A stretch of DNA of 64,000 nt from Dictyostelium discoideum (lineage: Eukaryota), in contig CM000153.2 of assembly GCA_000004695.1 (NCBI GenBank), positions 1,856,001 through 1,920,000 of the forward strand, given 5' to 3'. Of this stretch, positions 1 through 13,384 are shown one piece after another (position 1 is the first letter of the stretch; each line of letters begins with the position of its first letter). The notes under the pieces were generated by a model. The model ran no database searches, had not been told where the DNA came from, and saw only the letters and a list, made by a program, of their open reading frames with translations. The position numbers and the translations under genes are program-made.

Positions 1-1
1 T

Positions 2-142
2 TTGTGTAATGCTATTGTAGGATTTGCAGAAAAATATGTTACTACAAATGCTACTGAACAAGAATTAATTAAAAAACTTGATGACTATTGCGGAATATTA
101 CCATCAGAATTTAGTCAATCTGTATTTATCATCTTTTTTTTA

Positions 143-187
<45 letters not shown>

Positions 188-883
188 AATTCCATTTTAT
201 TTATTTTATTAAATTTTTTAAAGTGTGTTGAAACAGTTAATAACTATGGTGTATTAATTATTAGATTATTAATTAATAAAGAAGATGCAGATAATATTTG
301 TATAATGATTGAATTATGTCCAAAATCATCATCATCATCACCATCATTATTTTTAATTAATGAGAATAATAGTAATAGTAATGGCACAGATTGTGAAATT
401 TGTACATTCATTACTAAATATGCTGAAAATTTATTAGAAGCAAATAAAACAATTGAAGATATTGTAAAAGTTGTTGATGATTTCTGTAAAGTTTTACCAT
501 CTCAATATAAGACTGATTGTGTTGCCATGGCTTCAAATTATATTCCAGCAATTGTTAAAATGTTGGAGAACAATTATAATGCAGAACAAGTTTGTCAAAA
601 GTTAAGTTTTTGTTTACCACCACCACCACCATCAACTGAAGGTACCACTCTATGTGATCTTTGTTTAGATTTCGCTAATGATGCTATTGAAATTGTTGAA
701 AATTCAGGTGATGTTGAAGCACAACTTTTAAAAGAATGTAAATACTTTTTCTCATTCATACCAACAATTGAAAATCAATGTGAAAAAATTATAAGTGAAA
801 ATTTTGATGCAATTGTTAATGAAATTCAAGATCACATAAATCCAACCTCTCTTTGCCAAAATTTCCTCCATATTTGTAATTAA
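2..883 (+). CDS. Saposin-like (SapB-domain) protein, 5' partial; exons 2..121 and 224..883 (stop 881-883), intron 122..223 (GTATTT..AAAG) containing A(43)
   Basis: Repeated saposin B Cys pattern (C..C...C...C..C..C), e.g. CEICTFITKYAENLL...CKVLPSQYKTDCVAMASNYIPAIVKML...VCQKLSFC and CDLCLDFANDAIEIV...CKYFFSFIPTIENQCEKIISENF...LCQNFLHIC. The splice joins ..SEFSQS|CVETVNNYG in frame and restores a saposin Cys spacing. The ORF is open to the window start, so the gene begins upstream. Confidence 0.6.
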
Positions 884-1620
884 TCATTTGATTAATAAAT
901 ACAAATATATTTATATCACTAAAATTTAAAATAAAATAAAATAAAAATAAAAGTGAAAATAAAAACATTCTTGGTATTGTAAAAAACCTCTTACATATGT
1001 CGCACCTGGCTATATAGTCCTTGGAAGCCTTCTTCTGTATAAAAAAACATTTAAAAAAAAAAAAAAAATTAAATTATTTGACAAAATGGATGGCAAAAAT
1101 GTATATTTAGATATGTATTTATTTTTTTTATTTATTTTCTTTTTTTTATTTTTGGATTTAAACTTTTTATTTTTTTTTTTTTTTTATGAATATTTATTAT
1201 TTTAATTTTTTTTTTTTTTTTAATTATATATTTAAAATATTTTATTTTTAGAAATTTTACTGACCTTACCTAGTTTTTATAAAATTGGAGCACAAAAATA
1301 TGGAAAATGTAATAAAATTTAAAAAATGTGGATGTAAATAATTTTTAATTAAAAAAATAAAAAAATTCAAAAAACATTCATTTTTTTTATATTTTTTATG
1401 ATTTTGTGTATTTTTGAGTGCTCTATTTATCCATACTAATTCCATATTAAAAATAAATAATATTAAATCTTTATTTTTAAAAAATAAAAATAAAAATAAT
1501 AAAAAAAAAAAAATGAAATTGTTTATTTTTTTTTTTTTTTAATTTTCATTTTCATTTTTTAATTTTTTTTTTTTTTTTTTATTTTTTTTTTTTTTATTCA
1601 TTTTTTATTAGACACATTCA

Positions 1621-2168
1621 ATGATTTCATTTAAAACTTTAAATAAATTAAAGATACAACAATTATTTTCTATAAAAAATAAGAGTTTTTACTCAACATC
1701 TTCACCTATATCATCAACAGTAAATAGTAGTGGTAATGATAATATTGATATTGAAAATGACAAAGAAATAAAAAAAAAGAATAGATTGATTGTAAAGGAT
1801 TTATATAAGCAAGTATGTTTTTTTTTTTTAAAGAAATAATAAATAATAAAAATAATAAAAATATTAATAAAATGAAATTCTAAAAAATAAAAACAAAAAA
1901 AAAGTTAATGTATCTTGGAAGAGTTGGATTTTTAGGTGTTGATTATATAAGAGATAAAGCAAAACCACAATTTATTTCAAATGCAAATTTAACAGATAAT
2001 AATAAAATAAATGAATGTATAGAAAGAACAAAATATGTAATCAAAGAGATCGAAGCAATGAATAGGTTTCATAAATATAGAAATTTAAAAAAGTCATATG
2101 ACCTTGAATTTCAAAAAGTAAATGATAATTTTTTAAATTTAGATAATGATCAAAATAAAATAAAATAA
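1621..2168 (+). CDS. Small LYR-motif (Complex1_LYR-like) mitochondrial protein; exons 1621..1812 and 1905..2168
   Basis: N-terminus looks like a mitochondrial presequence (MISFKTLNKLKIQQLFSIKNKSFYSTS). Donor CAAG|GTATGT at 1813 and acceptor AAAAAG|TTA at 1904 give a phase 0 splice reading ..KDLYKQ|LMYLGRVGFLGVDYIRDKAKPQF.., an L-Y-K/R...L...R...F pattern typical of the LYR family. Confidence 0.45.
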
Positions 2169-2814
2169 AATAAAATAAAAATTGTTTATAAAAAAAAAAA
2201 AGAAAAAACTAGATTTTAAGATATTTTTAAAAAAAATCATTTGACAAATTTTGGTTGGGTGAATAAATGATGATTTTATTTTCGAAAAAAAAAAAAAATT
2301 AATTAAAATTAATTAAAATTAAATATAAAAAGATTTTTTTTGGATGATGATTGTGGAATTTTTTCATTAAAGTTCTTTGCAGATTTGAGAGTAAAAATAA
2401 AAAAAAAAAAAAAAAATTAAAAAAATAAAAAAAATAAAAAATTGAAATGAAAATGAAAAAAAACAATTATTTTAGATATTTTTTAAACAATTGATCAAAA
2501 TTTTTTTTTTTTTTTATTTATTTTTTTTTTTTTATTTTAAAAAAAATCTTTTTTTTTTATTCACCCTTCATTTTTTTTTTTTTTTTTTTCCTACAATTTA
2601 TCCATAGGCACTATGTTTTTATAGAAAAATTCCCTTTTATTTACAAAAATTTTTTTTTTTTTTTTTTTTTTATTTTGCTGTGATCGTTTTTTTTTATTTT
2701 TTTTGTTATCAAAAATTAAAAAAATTAATTATAAAAAAAAAAAAATAATAAAAATAGAAAAATAAAAATAAAACCACCCACTCACACCAAAATATTATAA
2801 AAAAAAAAAAATAG

Positions 2815-2845
<31 letters not shown>

Positions 2846-2930
2846 ATAATATTAAAATTGCACACACACTCACTTACTCACTCTCACATCAAAAAATAAT
2901 AAAAATAAAAAACAAATAAATAAATAAATA

Positions 2931-3145
2931 ATGGCATTAAAATATTTTAATTATGATGTTATACATTTAGTATTATCATTCCTATATTTCCTTGTATCTA
3001 TATTTTGTGTATTTAGTTTTATAAAAAGACCTAAAAAACAACAAAATACACAGCAATTCATTTTTTATCCTCTACTCTTTTTAGGGGTTATAGGTAAGAG
3101 TCATAACTTTTCTCTCTAAAAACAACAATAATAATAATAATTATT

Positions 3146-3230
<85 letters not shown>

Positions 3231-4087
3231 TATAATTCAATTAACATATTATATTTATTATTTATTATTTATTATATAATAGTTAGATCAGTATTTATGT
3301 TTTTACAACCATTTGTTAGAGAAAAGTCAATAGTTATACCAAACCAAGCTAATGTATTATTGAATACATTACCATCATTTACATTTTTTTCAACATATTT
3401 AATAGTATTATTTATATGGGTAGAGATTTATATGATCTCATATGGTTCAATGATGAGATCAATAAAGAGTTTACCAATCATTTTCAATATATCCACATGT
3501 ATTATGTATATTGTATTGATAATTTTGTATATATTGGATTTTACATTGTATAAATTGGACTACAGTACAGTCTCAACCTTTACAACATTACCAGAGATAA
3601 TCATTGGTTATTATGATGTTGGTTGCTTTATTTTAGCAAGTTTTTTATTTTTATTTTTTGGTATTAGTTTAGTAGTAAAATTTAGACATCAACAAAAGAA
3701 TTTTGCTGAAGATAAAAGAAAAGTAATCTTACGAAGAATCACTTTTTTAACTGGTTTAATTTGTTGTTGTTTCCTTTTACGTGCTGCTATAACTTGTTTT
3801 GCTCTTATTGATTTACATTTAATTTCTGGGGTAATCTATCTATATATATATAAAATTAATTAATTAATTAATTAATAATAATAGGTGTGTAAAAGTAAAA
3901 TAAAATATTAACTTTTTTATTTTTTAATTTTTAGTATTGGTGGTGGTTTGATGGAGCTTATTTTACAGTTTTAGAGATTGTACCATTATCGATTATGCTT
4001 TATTTACTTCAAATGGATAGAAATAAAACTAGAATACCATCGGAATATAACGAAAAAACTTCTTTAATTAATTCAAACTCTGCATAA
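2931..4087 (+). CDS. Multi-pass (about 7 TM) membrane protein, about 287 aa, possibly THH1/TOM1/TOM3 (DUF1084)-like; exons 2931..3093, 3283..3830, 3935..4087
   Basis: Three in-phase exons (GVIG|gtaagag.., ..LISG|gtaatc.., acceptor ttttag|TATTGGTGGTGG). Multiple hydrophobic helices, a conserved-looking YWWWFDGAYF..EIVPLSIMLYLL C-terminal exon, and LRAAITCFALIDL. Family assignment is a guess. Confidence 0.5.
3128..3230. repeat. (AAT)n microsatellite (about 34 units) in intron of the 7-TM gene
   Basis: Uninterrupted AATAAT.. run read directly. Confidence 0.9.
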
Positions 4088-4276
4088 TAACCATAGTTAA
4101 AGTTATAATGTTAAACATTTTAAAACAAAGAAAGAAAAAAAAAAAAAAAAAAAAAAATAATAATAATAATAATGTATAAAGTAAAAAATAAAAATAAAAA
4201 AAAAGTATATATATTATATATATATATAAAATAATATAAAACTCTTTTTGTTTTTTTAATTTTTTTTAATTTTTTT

Positions 4277-5465
4277 TTAAATAATATTATAATTTGAGGA
4301 AATTGGTTTATTTGAAGTTCTAATTGCAGTTCTTAAGATAGCAGATTTTGATCTTGGATTCCATTCGAGCTCTTCTTTACTTGGGAAAATAGGTGATTTA
4401 TAGGTTGGAGAGAATTTAAAAGTTGGTTCTTCAATTGTTGTATATTTATTTAAATATTGTTTAACAATTCTATCTTCAATTGAATGAAATGAAATTGCTA
4501 ATAGTGGTGAATTTGGTTCTAATAATTGTTCACCTTGAGTTAAACCAATTTTAATTTCATTCAATTCATCATTTACAAACATTCTCAATGATCTGAATAC
4601 TCTTGATATGGTTTTTAATGCCATTGGATAAGGTATTGATGATTCTACAATCTTTACTAAATCACTTGTATTCTTTATTGGTTCAATCTTTCTCTTTCTT
4701 AAAATTTCATTTGCTATATTTTTAGTATGTTTCTCTTCACCATAATAAAAGAAAATATCTCTTAAATCTTTCTCTGAAAATGTATTAATTATATCATATG
4801 CAGTAATTTGTGAACTATTTTGATTCATTCTCATATCTAATGGTCCTTCTAATTCTTTTCTATAATTAATTATTTATTTATTTATTATTAGTATATATTT
4901 TCTGTATGTCTGTGAGTGTGTGTGTGTTTATATTATTAACTTACTTAAAAGAGAATCCTCTATCAGCTGTATCAATTTGATAACTTGAAACACCAAAATC
5001 ATAAAGGATACCAGATATTTTAAGATGATCTAGGTTTTTTTCTTTTAGCGCAGATCTCATTGAACTAAATGTACTATTTATAGTGATTAAACGATCTTTA
5101 AATTCTGATCTTAATGGTTTTGTCATTTCAAAAACTTTTGGATCTCTATCAAATGCAATCACATAACAATCTTTACAAGTTTCTAAAATACCTCTTGAAT
5201 GTCCACCCATACCAAATGTTGCATCTATATAAACTTTATTTGGTTGTGGATTTAGTATCTCTAAAACTTCTTTAATAAAAACTGGTTTATGAATTTTATA
5301 ACTTTCATATTCTTTATTTACATATTGTTGAACTAATGTATTATTATCATTACTACTATCAATATTGATATCCTCTACATTTTTCACTTTTTTATTTGAA
5401 TAATTTCTTTTTAATATTTGTTGAAATCTAATTAAATTATTATTATTATTAAATAATTTTATCAT
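4277..5465 (-). CDS. 16S/12S rRNA (cytosine-N4)-methyltransferase RsmH/MraW (METTL15-like), about 367 aa; exons 4945..5465 and 4277..4859
   Basis: Signature YIDATFGMGGHSRGILE..VIAFDRDP, GILYDFGVSSYQIDTADRGFSF, then after the splice KKELEGPLDMRMNQ and ISFHSIEDRIVK, matching the bacterial RsmH motifs DxTxGxGGHS, LDLGVSS..D..RGFSF, GPLDMRMD and SFHSLEDR. Donor gtaagt and acceptor ttatag are on the minus strand. Confidence 0.8.
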
Positions 5466-5655
5466 AATTTTTTAAAAAATAAAAATAAAAAAAAAAAGTA
5501 AAACGAAAAAAAAAAAAAAAAAAAAAAAATAAAATAAAATAAAATAAAATAAAATTAATTTCTTACCAAAAAAAAACCACTAAATTGGGGATATTAAGTG
5601 TGATATTATTATAAAATATGAAATTATTTGAATTATTTTTAGGTTTTATTTATTT

Positions 5656-5709
<54 letters not shown>

Positions 5710-6285
5710 AGTATAAAAATAATTTCCTTTTTCGAAATTAATTTTTTTATTTATTTATTTATTTATTTTTTTTTTTAATTTCATATTCAAATTTTGTAGA
5801 TCTGTTGTTGATTTTATTTGTTTTGAATTCAGTTAAAATTAAAATTAATTTTTTTTTTTTTTCTTATTATTTTTTCAAATAATTTATTTTCAATTAACAG
5901 TAATTCTTAACATTATTTTTTAAAAAAAAAAAAAAAAAAACACATACATATATATACTAAAAACCCATATTAAAATTTATTTATTATGAACTATAAAAAA
6001 AAAATAAATAAAAAAAAAAATTATTTGAAATATTATTTATTTATAAAAATTTTTAAATTTTCAATATTAAAATAATATTTAAATAATATTTGTTTTTTTT
6101 TTTTATCTATATTGTTTTTTTTTTTTTTTTTATCTATTTTTTTTTTTTTTTTATATTATAATTTTTTAATTTATATTTAAAAGTAATAATAATAATAGTA
6201 ATAATAATAATTTTTTCTTTTTCTTTTTTTTAAAAACACACATATAAAATAATAAAAATAATAATAAATAATAGTAATTTAAGAA

Positions 6286-7782
6286 ATGTTTTTAACAAGT
6301 ATATTATATACAATTATAATAATTTTAATATTCTATAAAGGTTTAGAAGTAAATTATTTTTAATTAATTAAAATTCATATATTTTTTTTTTTTTTTTTTG
6401 AAATATAATTTCTAACATTTATTTTTTTATTTTTAGTATTTAATTGAAAAAAGATCATTCCCTTTAGTACACCCAATTAAAGGTGTTATGAATGGTACAA
6501 AACCATATTTTATATTTGGTGATTTACCATTTCAAAGATTATTAAACCTTAAACCAAAATTAAAAGAACTAGGAAGTATTTATTTTAGATGGTTCTTTTG
6601 GTATCCAATAGTTGAAATTAAAGATATAAATGCAATTCAATATGTTTACAATGAAAAGTCAAATAATTATAGTCTTTATTGGAATTTAAATAAATCTAGT
6701 AATTTCATTTTAACAGGTTCAGAAATTAAAAGATTCTTTAGAATTTATTATTGTGCATTCAATTGTAAAGATTCATTACAAAGAATTATGCCAGTTATAA
6801 AATCACAAGTTTTTGATTTCATTCATTCTCACAAATTTCAAAATTCAACATTATCAACAAATGATGATGTTACAAATGTAATTTTTTTCAATTATTATTA
6901 TTAATATTATTAATATTATTTATTAATTTTTTTTTTTTTATTTCGAAAAAGTTTATGTTAAAATTATTAAGTAGAGTTTATTTAGGTAGTAGTGATGAAG
7001 CATATCATTGCTTTAAAGCAAATTATAAAAAATTTAATAAGAGTTATTTAGACTTTTTTCATTATTTATTTCCAACATTATTAAAGATACCAAGTAAATT
7101 CTCAAGAAAATATATAAAGAATAAGAATAAGAGAGCTTTATATCAAGTGTTAGCAATGAAAGCTTATTATGGTGTTGTTAAACAATCAAGTGATGATCAT
7201 ATTGAAGAATCAATGATAAATATAATAGCAGAGACAAGTTATAATGATAAAGAGGGGTTATCTCTTGAAGAGATAAAAATGCCATCCTATTTATTAAATG
7301 CATCCTCAATTAAAGGCCCAATGATAATGGTAGAGAATTTAATGTTTCAATTGATAGAAAAATCAGAGATTGAAAGTAAAATTCGTAAAGAGATTAAACT
7401 TGTATTTGAAAAGAATGGTAAAGATGTAAATTCATTTGATTTTGATGATATAATGGAAATGAAATACTTAGAAGCAACATTGGATGAAATTAATAGATTA
7501 TATCCACCATTTCCAAAATTAATGCCACGTCAAACTAAAGAATCTGATAGAATCTTAGGATATCATATACCAAAGGGTACCATGATATCATGTCCTGTCG
7601 CTGATATACTTAGAGATCCTTCCAATTTTCAAGACCCATTAACATTTAAACCAGAACGTCAATTAATTTTCTCAAATCCTAAATTTGCATCACCATCGAT
7701 TACTTCAATTCAAGAAATTAATGGATTAAGTAGTTCTTCTTCAAATTCATTTGCATTACATCATAGATCATTACCATCAATT

Positions 7783-7858
<76 letters not shown>

Positions 7859-8421
7859 GCAATAACAACAGCATCAACGGTAACAATAAAAACAATAATA
7901 GAAATTGTATTCAATCTTTTAATAATTCAGCACTTAAAAAATCATTTTTATCTGATAGTTCCTCAATTATTGATAATATAGTTGGTACAAATCGTGTTGA
8001 TAAATTAAAATTAGATTCTTTAAATGAAAATAGCAATATTAATAATAATAATAATAAAGATTTATTAAATGTACCAAATATAATTGAAATTAATAAAAAT
8101 AATCCAATTTCAAATAATAAATATAATTCTTATAATAATTTAACAATTGAAGAAAGAAATCAAAGAATTATTAAAAATTTACCATGGGGTATTGGTAGTA
8201 AAAAATGTTTAGGTAAAGAATTGGCAAAATTAATAGTAAAAACAATAATTGTCATACTTTATTCTCAATATACTTTTGATAAACATCTCGATGAAAATGA
8301 TGAAGAATTATGTGATACTAATAATCAACCTAAAATTCAAATAACTTTTAATCCAGAAATTAAACCACCTTTATTACTTAAATCAAGAAAATTATTTTCA
8401 ATTTCTCAACCAAAACAATAA
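6286..8421 (+). CDS. Cytochrome P450 with internal poly-Asn tract; exons 6286..6348 (TM anchor MFLTSILYTIIIILIFYKGLE), 6437..6877, 6952..8421
   Basis: K-helix ExxR (EATLDEINRLYPP), PERF-like FKPERQ, and heme loop WGIGSKKCLGKELAKL (FxxGxRxCxG type). A Pro-rich hinge (KRSFPLVHPIKG) follows the N-terminal anchor. Acceptor ttttag|TATTTAATTG is at 6437 and donor AAT|gtaattttt at 6878. The first short exon is the least certain. Confidence 0.7.
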
Positions 8422-8683
8422 ATAAATAAAAATAATAAAAATAAAAAAAAATTATTATTTCTGTAAATAATTTATAAAAATGTGTATATATTGTTTTTTT
8501 TTTTATTTATTTATTTAATTTTTTAATTTTTAAATTTTTTAATTTTTTATTTAATTATTTAATTATTTAATTATTTAATTATTTTTTTTTAATTATTTAT
8601 TTATTTATTTATTTTATTTCTCTTTTATTTCTTTTTTTTTATTTTTTTTTCTATTTTTTCTAACCTACTCTTAAATCAAGAAG

Positions 8684-8716
<33 letters not shown>

Positions 8717-9072
8717 GTTTTTTCAAGCAATTTTTGTTGTTAGAGTGAAAAATTAGGTTTTAAAATTTTTTAAAAAAAATAATTTAAATAATTTTTTATT
8801 ATTATTTTTATTTTTTTTTTTTATTTTTTTTTTTCAAATTTTTTTTTTTATTAAATAGTTTTAAAACACATTTTTTTTTTTTTTTGTTTTTTTTCTTCAT
8901 AATAATATCTTTTTTATTTTATTTTTATTTTATTTGTATATATTAAAAGTTTATTTATTTTTTTTTTTTTTTATTTTTTTTTTTTTAGAAATTAAAACAA
9001 ATACTTTGGACGATTCATAAAAACCAAAAAAAAAAAAAAAGAAAACCAAAAAAAAATCCAATACAACTAATA

Positions 9073-10634
9073 ATGGGTGATGTTAATTTCTTACAAAAAG
9101 CAATTCAAATTGTTCAACAAGCAACAGAACAAGATAATGCAAAAAATTATGCAGAAGCACATAGATTATATATCCAAAGTTTAGAATGGTTTACAACAGC
9201 TTTAAAATGTTTGTATTAACCTTTCTTCTTCTTCTTCTCTTCTTTCTTCCTTTCTTATTATTTATTGTTTTTTTTTAAAATATTAATTTTTTATTTTTAA
9301 ACTTTTAAAAGATGAAAAAAGCGAAAGATCAAAAGCAACAATTAAAGCAAAAACATTAGAATATCTTCAAAGAGCAGAACAATTAAAAGAATATTTAGAT
9401 AAATCAAAGAATAAGAAACCAGTAGCAGTTGGTGGTAATAAAAGTAATAGTGCTGGTAGTGCAAATGGTGCAGGTAAATCAGCAAAAGAGGATGATGAAG
9501 ATATGGATCCAGAGGATAAAAAAAGAAATGATTCTTTATCCTCTTCAATTGTAACAACAAAACCAAATGTTAAATGGGATGATGTAGCTGGTTTATATCA
9601 AGCAAAAGAATACTTAAAAGAAGCTGTTATCTTTCCAATTAAATTTCCACAAATGTTTACAGGTAATAGAAAACCATGGAAAGGTATTTTATTATATGGT
9701 GTAAGTAAATTTAAAATATTTAAATATATATATATATATATATATATGAAATAAACATGAAATAAACATGAAATAAATAAATTATTAACTAATTTATTAT
9801 TACTACTATTTATTTATAAATTAGCCACCAGGTACAGGTAAATCATATTTAGCAAAAGCAGTTGCAACAGAAATTTCATCAACATTTTTTTCAATTTCAC
9901 CATCAGATATTGTTACCAAATGGTTAGGTGATAGTGAAAAATTGGTGAAACAATTGTTTGAGATGGCAAGGGAAAAGAATAATAGTGTAATTTTTATTGA
10001 TGAAGTTGATTCTTTATGTTCATCACGTAATGATCAAGAATCTGAATCAGCAAGACGTATAAAGACAGAGTTTCTCATTCAAATGAATGGTGTTGGTAAT
10101 GATTCCGATGGTATATTGGTATTGGCAGCAACAAATATTCCATGGGGTTTGGATTTAGCAATTCGTAGACGTTTTGAAAAGAGAATATATATCGGTTTAC
10201 CAGAACCACAAGCAAGAGCCAAAATGTTTCAAATTCATATTGGTTCAACTCCAAATACATTAGTTCAAGCAGATTATAAAAAGTTGGCAGATTTAACCGA
10301 GGGTTACTCGGGTTCAGATATTGGTTCATTGGTAAAGGATGCAATTATGCAACCAGTTCGTGCAGTTCAATGTGCAACTCATTTCAAACAAATTAGAGCA
10401 CCCTCTAGAGAGGATCCTTCAGTTATGACCGATTATGTCACACCTTGTTCACCTGGTGATCCATTGGCTCAAGAGATGACTTGGATGGATATTGACCCAA
10501 CTAAATTAAAAGAACCTGAAATTACAATCGCCGATTGTTTAAAGAGTTTAAGAGTTATTAAACCATCTGTTAATAAAGCTGATTTAGATAGATATGTTGA
10601 ATTCACTAATGATTTTGGGCAAGATGGTGTATAA
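9073..10634 (+). CDS. vps4: Vacuolar protein sorting-associated protein 4 (AAA ATPase), 444 aa; exons 9073..9208, 9312..9700, 9825..10634
   Basis: MIT domain at the N-terminus ([48 protein letters not shown] across the splice), Walker [16 protein letters not shown], Walker [14 protein letters not shown]/arginine fingers, and the Vps4 C-terminal helix ([16 protein letters not shown]). All splice phases are consistent and total 444 codons plus stop. Confidence 0.9.
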
Positions 10635-10925
10635 TAAAATTAAAAAAAAAAAAAAAAAGAAGAAACTTTTTTTTTTTTTTGTATCTTTTAAAATTTTAGA
10701 ACAATGTAAAAAAAAAAAAAAAAAAAAAACAAAACAAAAACAAATAAAAAAAATAATAAAAACAAATAAAATAATAATAACTTTTTTTTAATTAATAATT
10801 TTAGAAAATTAATCTTTTTTTTTAGTTTTTTTTTTTTTCGTTTTATAAATAACTTTTTTTTTATTAATATATATATAACTATAATTTATAATTTTTCTTT
10901 TTTTTATTTTTTTTTTTTTTTTTTC

Positions 10926-12766
10926 CTATAAAGTAACATCATTATCAAAAGAAAATGAGAAATTATCAATTTCATTCTTTGAAAATTCATAACTAAAAAT
11001 ACTTTTTGGGATATTACATTTTGAAATTAATTTTGAAATTTTATTCATATTTTCATGGTAAATTATTTTTGATAAAACACCTTTATCACCTAATATAGAT
11101 TTCGATATGAAAAGTGTAGTTTTTAATAAAAATGTTGGATGTACAATATTAAAATCTTTTAAATAATTATTATACCTAAAATTAATTAATTAATTATAAA
11201 AAAAACAAAAAAAAAAAAAATTAATTATTATTATTTTTTTATTTTATTTTATATTTATATATTTATTTATAAAATAAAATAAAAAAAAAAAAAGAAAAAA
11301 AAAACTTACTTTAATTCAAAAATTTCTAATAATTTTTTTAACCAAGATAAATCTGGAGATTGTTGAGATGACATATTTGAATGAAAATAAATTATTGAAA
11401 AATTACCTCTTTGAATGGTTTGTTCTAAAACTCTAATTAGGTAAAGTAAAACTTGATCATATAAATCTTTTCTAGAATTTAATTGTGAACCAATGATAAC
11501 TACTATTGGTCTATTTTGATCATCAGTTGTTTGAAGAGTGAAATTTAAACGAGATACATCTGATAAATCTTCAACCTTTGATCTCGTTAATAATGTTTGA
11601 AATTGTGCTTTCAATTTTTCATTTTCAATTTGTTTTTCAGATTTCTTTGAAAATTGTCTTCTCTTTTCAATATCTGGATCCTCTCTTTTTAACATGAATG
11701 AATCATTATCCATAGTTGCGTCATATGGTGATGAACTAAAATTTGATGAAAATGGATTCAATATCTTATCAATTGAATCATATTTATAATTATTAAATTC
11801 ATTTTTATTATTTTTTTGAATAATATCAATATTATTACTACTACTATTATTATTATTACTATTATTATTATTACTATTATTATTATTTACATTATTTACA
11901 TTATTATTATTATTATTATTGTTACTATAAAAACAATTATAATCTTCAGGTTCTCTTATAATTGTTGATGGTGTTTCAATAATTCTAATTTTTCTACTTT
12001 CTACAATTGCTTCACCATTTTCATCACCAACATCTTTTGGTAATGATATTTGAGAGAATTTAAGTTCTTGTTGATTTCTTGGAAAATAGATTGGTAACAT
12101 TTGTTCATATAGTCTTAAATCTTCAAAAGTATTGATAGCTAGAATTACTTTTTCAAATGATTTACTAAATGGTTTTTCTAAAAATCTACGAATTGTACGT
12201 AATGCTATATGACAACCACCAACTGATGGAAATTGTCTCTTTTCAGAATGAAGTGTTGAGAATGAGATTGATTTGGATTTTACATCCATTGATAAATGAA
12301 ATGCCGATCTGTAACAACTATTGAGTGCATTCTCTGCCGCTGATAAATATTTTGGATTATATGTTGGACAAACTGTATGAACCACAAATCTCGATGGTAA
12401 ATTGCCGCCTGATGTTATGATGGACTCACCATATCTGCATTCACCATTCTTTTGAATATCATTCATCATTTCGCTACCGCCATATTTAAAGATTTTGTCA
12501 GAGATGGTGTCACTTTCTGTCAATGTTTTACTATTACTATAAACTATTGTATCAGTATTTAAATTACAAATATCTCCCATCCATAAACAAATTCTTGAGT
12601 TAATTTCTGTATCAATTTTGAATTGTATTGGACCATTAATATGAAAATTTTCAATTGGTACTTTATCTTTATCATTCACTAAATTCTTTTCATCAAATTC
12701 AGTTTGATCCCATGTTTTAATTTCTTTATAATCAATTTTACCACTAAAAATTGGTGTGGTTGTCAT
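10926..12766 (-). CDS. GDAP2-like protein (macro domain plus CRAL-TRIO/Sec14 domain), about 568 aa; exons 11310..12766 and 10926..11175
   Basis: Macro domain CLWMGDICNLNTDTIV..GGSEM..CRYGESIITSGGNLPSRFVVHTVCP..YLSAAENALNSCYRSAFHL, then HIALRTIRRFLEKP..LPIYFPRN, collinear with human GDAP2. A poly-Asn insert follows. The C-terminal exon (VHPTFLLK..) matches the CRAL-TRIO end. Donor gtaagt is phase 2. Confidence 0.8.
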
Positions 12767-13032
12767 TTTTTTATAATATGAAAAAAAATTTTTTGTGTGT
12801 TATTTTTATTTTTTTTATTTTTTTTTTTAAAAAAAAAAAAAAAAGATCAAATGATTTTCTTTGCTTTGGTTTCAAAATAAATTTTTTTTTAAAAAAATAA
12901 AAAAAAAAAAAAAAAATAAAATTAAAAATAAAAAAAATAAAAATAAATATAAAAAAAAAAAAACGAGATAACATGGAATTAAAAAAATCTCAAGATAAAT
13001 TAATAAATTAAATTAATTATTAAATATGGTCC

Positions 13033-13065
<33 letters not shown>

Positions 13066-13346
13066 TTTTTTTTTTTTATAAATCTAGATTAATTTTTTTG
13101 GGTTTCCTTTGCTAAAAAATTTTATTTTGAAATTTAATGAAATATTTAATGAAAATTCATTACCCCCAAAACACATATGTGTTTACAATATGTATTAATT
13201 TTTTGTTTAAAAATAAAAATAAAAATAAAAATAAAAATAAAAATAAAAATAAAAATAAAAATAAAAATAAAAAAAATTAAATAAAATATAAAAAGGTGAG
13301 TAAAGAAAAAAAAAAAAAAAAAATATTAATATTTATTGTTTATATC

Positions 13347-13379
<33 letters not shown>

Positions 13380-13384
13380 CAATT

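Noticed and set aside
7751-7981. ORF-track entry translating (AAC)n as poly-Thr
   Set aside because: Alternative frame of the P450 poly-Asn tract. No start context or motif..
9342-10344. Minus-strand ORFs 9342..9566 and 10075..10344
   Set aside because: Antisense to vps4 exons with nonsense-like composition.
12771-12974. Poly-Phe/Lys small ORF
   Set aside because: Translation of A/T homopolymer runs in the GDAP2 promoter region.
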